NCBI GenBank assembly: GCA_046757165.1 | Contig: JBHHXT010000135.1 | Span: 1-12,643, forward strand | Reading direction: 5' to 3' | From: a bacterium | GTDB lineage: Bacteria; Zhuqueibacterota; Zhuqueibacteria; Oceanimicrobiales; Oceanimicrobiaceae | DNA length: 12,643 bases | Shown: positions 6,594 through 12,643 of the stretch, in pieces | Position numbering within the stretch: position 1 is the first letter of the stretch | Layout: the number at the start of each line of letters is the position of its first letter | Position numbers and translations under genes: made by a program | Notes under the pieces: model-generated | The model's input: the letters and a program-made list of their open reading frames with translations, nothing else | Told to the model about the DNA's origin: nothing | The model's database searches: none

Positions 6594-7250
6594 TTACAAC
6601 AACTTATACTTATTGACGCTGATATATCTCGGGTTTTCGAATACCACGCCGAACAAGGTTGCCTTCCTCTTCAGGAGTTCACGATTGTATTGAATTTCCT
6701 TGCCTGTCCCGTCTTGTAGAATGGTCCAGACGGCACCATCTTCAGCCCGCAAACCCGGCCGGTGAATGACCTGATGGCGTACGGGGACGCCGTGATACTT
6801 CAAGAACAAATCACAGTCCAAACAGATAATCTCGCCACGCAGTTGTGCTGAATGTACAGAAAGTCCAGCGGAAGTCGATCGTCCCGCGTCCCCGCTCGAT
6901 GTCATGACGCCAAAGGTCGGCAACAGGATCGAGAAAGCCAGGACGGCAAGGGCGAAAGACGTGGCCACAGGACGGTACTCAAAAAGAGACTGGATGAGCT
7001 GCCAGAAAGTCGGCAGGTCCCCGCCGCGGGCGATTTGTCGCTCGATACGCCGTCTCAAATGGGCCGGAGCCTTGGCAATCTGCAATCTCTCCGTTACCAA
7101 CTCCTTTAGCTTGCATTCAGCTTCATAGCGCTGCAATAACTCGGGCGATTCTTGCAGCAGCTTTTCAACCTCCATCCTGTCCTTTTCATTGAGTTCGCCA
7201 TCGATGTAGCCGGTGATGAGATAATCACATCTGTCGCGCTCTTCCTTCAT
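6594..7250 (-). CDS. Transmembrane anti-sigma factor (degenerate zf-HC2/RsrA-like N-terminal domain, one TM helix, external CxxC domain)
   Basis: Directly downstream of the ECF sigma, with a GGAGG RBS. LITGYIDGEL...VEKLLQESPEL...APAHLRRRI matches the anti-sigma domain pattern. TM segment ATSFALAVLAFSILLPTFGV; C-terminal LRGEIICLDC. Confidence 0.82.
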   Translation of the reverse strand: MKEERDRCDYLITGYIDGELNEKDRMEVEKLLQESPELLQRYEAECKLKELVTERLQIAKAPAHLRRRIERQIARGGDLPTFWQLIQSLFEYRPVATSFALAVLAFSILLPTFGVMTSSGDAGRSTSAGLSVHSAQLRGEIICLDCDLFLKYHGVPVRHQVIHRPGLRAEDGAVWTILQDGTGKEIQYNRELLKRKATLFGVVFENPRYISVNKYKLL

Positions 7251-7290
7251 TTGAAATCTTTACCTCCAGAAAATAGGTCCCACAAATACT

Positions 7291-7890
7291 TCAGTTTGCT
7301 CTACTGATGAATCCGCCCCGGAGGGCATAGTCCTTGAGATGGATTTGCAATTGTTTCCTGCCGCGAGAAAGTCTCGACATCACCGTTCCCAACGGACAGC
7401 CGATTATTTTGGCGATCTGTTTATAAGAGAAATTTTCAATGTCAGCCAATAAGACCACCATTCTAAACTCGTCAGGCAACTGCTCCAAAGCGGTTCTTAT
7501 TTCATCGTCGAATAGACTCTCGTACTCCAGTTGGCGGAAATTTTCAATCACGTGATTGTGCACATCACGTTTATCCTCAATATAAACATGCTTGACCTTC
7601 TCCAATTCAACCTGATGAGGCAGACTTAGCTTCTTGCGGTATTGGTTAATGTAGGTGTTGGTCAAAATCTTGAAGATCCACGCCTTGAAATTTGTATCCT
7701 TCTTGAACTTGTCAAAAAACCGATAAGCGCGTATGCAAACATCTTGCAGCAGGTCTTCGGCATCGAGCTCATTGCGTGTCATCCTCAACGCCGTATTATA
7801 CAGAGAATCCATGTGCACCATGGCCAACTCTTGAAACTCCTGGTTTCTTCGCTTCAAAGAATCGGAGTTTTCCCTGGACTCATCCTGCAT
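7291..7890 (-). CDS. sigH: ECF RNA polymerase sigma-70 factor, SigH/SigR-like (ECF12 type)
   Basis: Region 2 SLYNTALRMTRNELDAEDLLQD..RAY..F..F...TNFKAWIFKILTNTYINQYRKK and region 4 ALEQLPDEFRMVVLLADIENFSYKQIA..GCPLGTVMSRLSRGR closely resemble actinobacterial SigR/SigH. The start is either ATG 7890 or TTG 7893. Confidence 0.92.
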   Translation of the reverse strand: MQDESRENSDSLKRRNQEFQELAMVHMDSLYNTALRMTRNELDAEDLLQDVCIRAYRFFDKFKKDTNFKAWIFKILTNTYINQYRKKLSLPHQVELEKVKHVYIEDKRDVHNHVIENFRQLEYESLFDDEIRTALEQLPDEFRMVVLLADIENFSYKQIAKIIGCPLGTVMSRLSRGRKQLQIHLKDYALRGGFISRAN

Positions 7891-7956
7891 CAAGCTCTTT
7901 AGTTTAATTGGACTTACATTACGAGTGACTATTCGATTGGAATCTCAAATCTATGC

Positions 7957-7982
7957 AACAGGCTGGCGTTATGATTTATTCC
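7957..7982 (-). promoter_or_regulatory. Putative autoregulatory SigR/SigH-type promoter of the sigma/anti-sigma operon
   Basis: tgGGAAT-aaatcataacgccagcct(18 nt)-GTTgc is an exact GGAAT-N18-GTT match in the intergenic region upstream of the sigma gene. Confidence 0.78.
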
Positions 7983-7988
7983 CAAAAA

Positions 7989-8504
7989 TCACCGCAGGGA
8001 TTCATCTTTCCAGCGGACGACCCGCCACTTTTGATCCAGCCCACTCTGCTTGAACGTAAAGATGGCGGTTCCGGTCACCAGGAAGTTGATGTCCGAACTG
8101 AAGAGATTGAGGTTGAAGCGCAGAAATCTTCTTTCGAGCTCAGCGTGGCTTTCCTGAAATAGAATGTCCCAGTGCAAATCTACAACGTCAAACTGCCGGA
8201 AGAGCCGGCCCGTGGTTTTGAGGTCCACGTCCCGCTCCCACGTAACCGGTTCGAGATTGGCATCCAGAAATTCGAAGACAAATGATTCGTCCAGAACATC
8301 GCTGTACAATAACGAATCTTTGAAGGTATAGGCGATCCTGAAATTCTGCAGGACTTCTTCGGGGCTGGTCTGCTCTGTTATGACATTGGTCAGGTCGATG
8401 CGCTCATCAAGCTCAGGGGCAAATGGATTGAAACACGCAGGCAGCAGCAGCAAAACCACCGGGAATGTCCACCTTGTCAGAAGGGATGATAGAGGCCCTC
8501 TCAT
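7989..8504 (-). CDS. Hypothetical lipoprotein
   Basis: The ORF runs 7989..8567. The start is placed at ATG 8504 because the longer version runs through the tonB terminator. It has a lipobox-like LLLPA-CFNPFAP and SPEEVLQNFRIAY...WRVVRWKDES, an NTF2-like pattern (inference). Confidence 0.7.
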   Translation of the reverse strand: MRGPLSSLLTRWTFPVVLLLLPACFNPFAPELDERIDLTNVITEQTSPEEVLQNFRIAYTFKDSLLYSDVLDESFVFEFLDANLEPVTWERDVDLKTTGRLFRQFDVVDLHWDILFQESHAELERRFLRFNLNLFSSDINFLVTGTAIFTFKQSGLDQKWRVVRWKDESLR

Positions 8505-8546
8505 GGCGTTGCGAACGACCATTGTAACTCGGGGAAGACTCGACAT

Positions 8547-8580
8547 AAAAAAAGCGGCGCTTGACAAAGCACCGCCTTTT
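8547..8580 (-). terminator. Rho-independent terminator after tonB (possibly bidirectional)
   Basis: On the - strand, AAAA-GGCGGTGCTT-TGTC-AAGCGCCGCT-TTTTTT, about 17 nt after the tonB stop. Confidence 0.85.
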
Positions 8581-8597
8581 CTTGCAAATCCCTGGTA

Positions 8598-9236
8598 TTA
8601 CTTCAATCTAAAAATCACGGGAATAGCAACCCACACCTTTACGGGCTTATCTCGTTGCAGTGCCGGCTTCCATTTCACGCTCCTGATAGCCTTGACCGCC
8701 GCCTGGTCGCAACCACTGTGTCCCAGTGATTTAATGACCCGAGTGTCGATGACTTTGCCTTTCTCTGAAACCCAAACATATACAACCACGCGGCCTTCTA
8801 TGCCTGCCTTGCGCGCGATTTCAGGGTATTTCAAAGCTCTTTGAATCGCTCTGAACCCGCCAATCGGAGACGGCGCTTCATCATAGGGTACAAAGATGTT
8901 CATACCATCATCGTCCTCCGGCGGAGGCGGTGGAGGCGGGATGTCAGACAGGTCGAGCTCAGTCGTCTCAATCGTCAAATCATCCGGAATATCCTCACTC
9001 TCGGAAGGAATGGGAATGGATGGTTTTGGTGGAGGGGGCGGCCTCTTCACCTGTTCGGTGGGTGGGATGTCTGCGACCTCGATCTGTATTTCTTTGGTCG
9101 TGGTTTCCACCGCCTCCAGATCGATGACACGCAGCAACTGGAAGACGATGATCATCAGACCCAACGACAGGACAAGACCGAGCTCCAGCACTTTTTTGTA
9201 CCTGAGCTTCAGGTTAGCGTCCGGGTTCTTCCTCAT
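8598..9236 (-). CDS. tonB: Energy transducer TonB
   Basis: N-terminal TM helix, Pro-rich linker (PPPPPKP, PPPPPPPE), and TonB C-terminal domain LKYPEIARKAGIEGRVVV...WKPALQRDKPVKVWVAIPVIFRLK. Confidence 0.95.
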   Translation of the reverse strand: MRKNPDANLKLRYKKVLELGLVLSLGLMIIVFQLLRVIDLEAVETTTKEIQIEVADIPPTEQVKRPPPPPKPSIPIPSESEDIPDDLTIETTELDLSDIPPPPPPPEDDDGMNIFVPYDEAPSPIGGFRAIQRALKYPEIARKAGIEGRVVVYVWVSEKGKVIDTRVIKSLGHSGCDQAAVKAIRSVKWKPALQRDKPVKVWVAIPVIFRLK

Positions 9237-9245
9237 AATGACACC

Positions 9246-9668
9246 TCAAAAAGCTGGTTTAGCTGAGTAATTGACATTGAGTGCACCAGGTGCATCCGAT
9301 TCGCGTAACTTCTCCTGGACATCCGTGACGATCCCCATTTCGGTCCCTTTGTCGATCTTCATGGAGACCAGTTTGAGGGGATGTTGCGGGTCCCTCGCTT
9401 TGGCGAGCATGATGTTCGGAATCTGACTGAGATTGACAAAGCGGTCATCGATAGAAACCGCTCCCTTCTTGTTCACCCACAGATAAGCGACATCCCGTTT
9501 CCCGGCAAGCTTCTCGATTTTTCTGGCGTTGGGCAAATTGACTGGAAGACCAGAAAACTCCTTAAAGACCGACGACACCATGAAGAAGATGAGCAACAGA
9601 AATACGATGTCCGGCAACGACGAGAGCGGTATTCCAGGTTTAACTTTCTGTTTTCCTTCGAATTTCAA
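9246..9668 (-). CDS. exbD: Biopolymer transporter ExbD/TolR family protein
   Basis: SSLPDIVFLLLIFFMVSS TM motif with the conserved Asp; TTG start with a GGAGG RBS. Confidence 0.93.
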   Translation of the reverse strand: MKFEGKQKVKPGIPLSSLPDIVFLLLIFFMVSSVFKEFSGLPVNLPNARKIEKLAGKRDVAYLWVNKKGAVSIDDRFVNLSQIPNIMLAKARDPQHPLKLVSMKIDKGTEMGIVTDVQEKLRESDAPGALNVNYSAKPAF

Positions 9669-9711
9669 TTCTATTTCCTCCGCTTAGACTTTGAGAAAGC
9701 CAAAGCCCTAC

Positions 9712-10113
9712 CTACTTTTCGGGCTCGGCAATCGAGATGCGGGTTGCGTTGGCGACCTTGAGCTCATCAAGCGCCTGGACATATGTCTCATACCTGGTCT
9801 GACGGTCTGTTTTAACCGAGATGATGAGATTTGGATTCTGCATGATTTGTTCCCGGATCAAGCGGCTGATGTCACTCAACGCAACCGGTTCGCCATCAAT
9901 CGCAACTTCGCCATCTGCGTTGATCAAAAGATTGGTGATGTTCTTACTTCTGACCTCCGTCTGCTCCCCCTTCGCCGGCAGGGTCAAACCGATTCCTCTG
10001 TCCACGTCGATGGTTGTTGTTACCAGGAAAAAGATGAGCAAGAGGAAGGCAATATCGGCCAGCGAGGCCATGGGGATTTCGCTTTCACGGCTTTTCTTTT
10101 TTTCAACTAACAT
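9712..10113 (-). CDS. exbD: Biopolymer transporter ExbD/TolR family protein
   Basis: Motifs IPMASLADIAFLLLIFFLVTTT and IISVKTDRQTRYETYVQALDELK. Confidence 0.94.
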   Translation of the reverse strand: MLVEKKKSRESEIPMASLADIAFLLLIFFLVTTTIDVDRGIGLTLPAKGEQTEVRSKNITNLLINADGEVAIDGEPVALSDISRLIREQIMQNPNLIISVKTDRQTRYETYVQALDELKVANATRISIAEPEK

Positions 10114-10146
10114 GGAAATTCTCCAAACTAACGCTCCGGGTTGTGA

Positions 10147-10767
10147 TTAGCCCTTTCTTTGCATTTCGATCAATGTGTCCACGAAATCGACTGAACTCTC
10201 TTCCATGTCGACAATCAAACCGTCCACGCGCGAAATAAAGTAGTTGTTCAGGATCTGAATGATAATCGCAACAACCAAACCAAACAGGGTTGTCAGCAGT
10301 GCGGTCGAGATACCACCGGCGACAATTGAGGGCGAAATGTCGTTGGCCGCTTCGATGGCCTTAAACGCCTCGATCATGCCCCAAACGGTACCCAGGAAGC
10401 CCAGCATCGGCGCAACACTGATAACGGTACCAAGCCAAACCAACCCCTTTTCAAGGAAAGCCATTTCGATTGATCCCGCGTTCATAATTGCCTTTTCTAC
10501 ATGTTCAATGCCGCGATCGACTCTCAAAAGCCCAGCATGAAAAATCGAAGCGACGGGACCACGTGTGTTGGCACAGACTTCTGTTGCTGCTTCAACGCCC
10601 CCTTCATGCAATGCTTTCTTGATGGTCGCAAGAAATTTGCGCGTATTGACAGAAGCACGGGATAGCGTCCAAAACCTCTCTAGACTGATTGCAAGTCCCA
10701 AAACGAAAGATGCAAGAATGGGCCACATAAATCCACCGCCATCATTGAACAATTGCAAAAAATTCAT
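10147..10767 (-). CDS. exbB: MotA/TolQ/ExbB proton channel protein
   Basis: Motifs GGGFMWPI..SLERF, LEKGLVWLGTVISVAPMLGFLGTVWGMI and VAGGISTALLTTLFGLVVAI; GGAGG RBS. Confidence 0.95.
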   Translation of the reverse strand: MNFLQLFNDGGGFMWPILASFVLGLAISLERFWTLSRASVNTRKFLATIKKALHEGGVEAATEVCANTRGPVASIFHAGLLRVDRGIEHVEKAIMNAGSIEMAFLEKGLVWLGTVISVAPMLGFLGTVWGMIEAFKAIEAANDISPSIVAGGISTALLTTLFGLVVAIIIQILNNYFISRVDGLIVDMEESSVDFVDTLIEMQRKG

Positions 10768-10851
10768 TACTCTTATTCCTCCCTTAAAAAATTAATTTGG
10801 ATAGTTTGAAGATCGTTGACGATTTGAATTGAGTTTCAGAAATGTTTCAAC

Positions 10852-10880
10852 ATTATAATTATTTATGTTTTAAAAGTCAA
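10852..10880 (-). promoter_or_regulatory. Near-consensus sigma70 promoter of the exbB-exbD-exbD-tonB operon
   Basis: TTGACT (10880..10875), 17-nt spacer, TATAAT (10857..10852), preceded by an A-tract (UP-element-like). Confidence 0.85.
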
Positions 10881-10909
10881 TACTTTTTTTGGTGAGGCCG
10901 GCGAGCAGG

Positions 10910-12505
10910 TCACTCTGGGGAACGCCCAACCGTCAAGTGAGCAATCTTGGCCGCCTCCGAAAAATGCTGCAAAGCCTGCTTGACCTGCACGTCCGCCGCA
11001 GCCTCCACTTGACGATATTGGCGCGAACTCCAGAGGTGGCGTGCAATCTCGCTCTTGAGCCTGCGCTTCACAAACGCCAGGTCCCCATCGAGCTCTGCTT
11101 TCGATACATCAAGCCCCCTCTGCTGGACCAGTGCCAGAAACTCCTCGATAATCTCAGAGTCGACGAAAAAAGTCTTCCGGAAGCGTTCGAAATCTCGCCC
11201 GAGTTTTGGATGCCTGGAGGCATAGTCCGAGCCATAATCAAAAAACGCCTGCTCTTGAATCAACTTAATGGTGGACACAGCAAGCATCGGCGACTTGATG
11301 ATGATATCCGGAGAAATGCCCCCCCCACCGAAGACCTTGCGGCCAGCATGGGTTGTGTAAATAGGTTTGCCGGCTCGATCATCGGCATCGACGTTGGGGT
11401 CATAATCATCGTAGCCATCCGCAATGTAGGTTTCCAGGCCGCCTTGGTACGAGCGCTGAATCAGCCGCCCGCTGGGCGTGTAGTAGCGCGCTATGGTGAC
11501 GCGTATCGCCGAGCCATCTTTTAGAGCCACCTGATGCTGGACCAGTCCTTTCCCGAACGAGGTTTCTCCAACAATCAAGCCGCGGTCCCAATCCTGCAGG
11601 GCGCCCGCCACGATCTCAGAGGCGCTAGCCGAGCCGTGGTTGATCAGCACGATTAGAGGCAGGCGCGGGAAGGCAGGCTCACCCGAAGAGTAGTAATCCT
11701 CGTTTGAGCTTCTGATCCGGCCCCGCGTATAGACGATCCGCTTCTCCCCCGGCAGGAAATAGTCAACCATCTCCACGGCCTGGTCCAGATAGCCGCCGGA
11801 ATTTCCTCTCAGATCCAGAACCAACCGTTTCATGCCTTTTTGCTGCAATTGTCGCAGGGCTGCTTCGAACTCATCATTGGTGGTTCTGGCAAAACGTCCA
11901 ACTCTGATATAGCCGGTCTGGGTATCGAGTAAGAAAGCAGCCGTGACGCTATGAATCGGAATCTTGTCACGTACAATGGTCACATCAAAGGGGGCTTCGA
12001 TGCCCGGGCGCAGGATTTGAATAGTCACCCGGGTTCCCTTCGGGCCGAGCAGCTTTTCCCGTACGCCGTCCTCCGTGAGACCATAAATGGCCTCCCCTTC
12101 GATTTCAACAATTCTGTCACCGGAGCGCAAGCCCACGCGCTCTGAGGGGGAATCTGCAATCGGTGAGACAATCACCGGATACTTATCGTGCACAATGAAT
12201 TCGATCCCGATCCCTTCAAACTCACCATCAAATTGCTCGGTGATTTCCTGGATGCGATCCTTCGAAATAAAGATCGAGTGCGGGTCGAGCTCTTTGAGCA
12301 AACCATGGATGGCGCCGTCGACCAATTTTTCGGCATCCACTTCTTCAACATAGAGCTTGTCGACGGTTTGCAGGACTTCGATCACGCGCTGTACCTGCTG
12401 GTAGAGATTGCCGGCCGTGGCGAACAAATCAAACCTGAACGCCAGGGCCGCCAGGACTAGTGAAAACAGGGTGAGCCCAAGGATATTCTTCTTAAAGGTC
12501 GTCAT
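10910..12505 (-). CDS. ctpA: S41A carboxyl-terminal processing protease (PDZ + peptidase S41)
   Basis: 531 aa with an AGAGGAG RBS and N-terminal anchor. Motifs LDPHS, PDZ FEGIGI, LVLDLRGNSGG, catalytic SASASEIVAGALQD, SFGKGLVQ and ARYYTPSGRLIQ. Confidence 0.95.
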   Translation of the reverse strand: MTTFKKNILGLTLFSLVLAALAFRFDLFATAGNLYQQVQRVIEVLQTVDKLYVEEVDAEKLVDGAIHGLLKELDPHSIFISKDRIQEITEQFDGEFEGIGIEFIVHDKYPVIVSPIADSPSERVGLRSGDRIVEIEGEAIYGLTEDGVREKLLGPKGTRVTIQILRPGIEAPFDVTIVRDKIPIHSVTAAFLLDTQTGYIRVGRFARTTNDEFEAALRQLQQKGMKRLVLDLRGNSGGYLDQAVEMVDYFLPGEKRIVYTRGRIRSSNEDYYSSGEPAFPRLPLIVLINHGSASASEIVAGALQDWDRGLIVGETSFGKGLVQHQVALKDGSAIRVTIARYYTPSGRLIQRSYQGGLETYIADGYDDYDPNVDADDRAGKPIYTTHAGRKVFGGGGISPDIIIKSPMLAVSTIKLIQEQAFFDYGSDYASRHPKLGRDFERFRKTFFVDSEIIEEFLALVQQRGLDVSKAELDGDLAFVKRRLKSEIARHLWSSRQYRQVEAAADVQVKQALQHFSEAAKIAHLTVGRSPE

Positions 12506-12538
12506 CGAACTCCTCTTATGTCTAATCCATTCAGGTCA

Positions 12539-12643
12539 TTAGGCGCTTGGCGCCAATCATCGACAAAGTTTTGTCGATAATTTTTTTGGGGTCAATCGTT
12601 TGCTGAGAAAACCGTCATTTTGAGCTTCGCTCGTCATTTGCTG
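12539..12643. repeat. Right, inverted copy of the 41..143 repeat (runs off the window end)
   Basis: The reverse complement reads CAGCAAATGACGAGCGAAGCTC...AAATTATCGACAAAACTTTGTCGATG..TGGCGCCAAGCGCCTAA, with identical blocks of 15, 26 and 17 nt to the left copy. Confidence 0.9.

Noticed and set aside
10845..10863. Possible Fur box at the exbB promoter
   Set aside because: Only 12/19 match to GATAATGATAATCATTATC in AT-rich DNA, largely explained by the TATAAT -10 itself.
10889..11524. 211-aa + strand ORF, and the other + strand ORFs across 7642..12460
   Set aside because: Antisense to well-supported sigma, lipoprotein, tonB/exb and ctpA genes.

Overview
Bacterial chromosomal segment, almost entirely on the - strand. 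The FCB-like gene content (KSB1/Calditrichota-type) is an inference. The right half is envelope housekeeping: S41 carboxyl-terminal protease, an exbB-exbD-exbD-tonB operon with a near-consensus sigma70 promoter and terminator, and a small lipoprotein. The left half looks like a self-contained extracytoplasmic stress/redox regulon. It has a SigH/SigR-like ECF sigma factor and a membrane-anchored anti-sigma that has lost the cytoplasmic HxxxCxxC zinc motif but carries an external CxxC/His domain. These are followed by an operon for a Met-rich SoxA/TsdA-fold monoheme cytochrome, a triheme cytochrome c, an amicyanin-type cupredoxin protein and a putative outer-membrane beta-barrel. A second paralogous beta-barrel converges on that operon, and a DUF3179 lipoprotein diverges from it. 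Three correctly oriented GGAA(T/G)-N18-GTT SigR-type promoter motifs precede the sigma gene, the cytochrome operon and the second barrel gene. The two window ends carry inverted copies of a ~103-105 bp hairpin-rich repeat, and a MITE-like element containing a REP doublet sits at 317-454.
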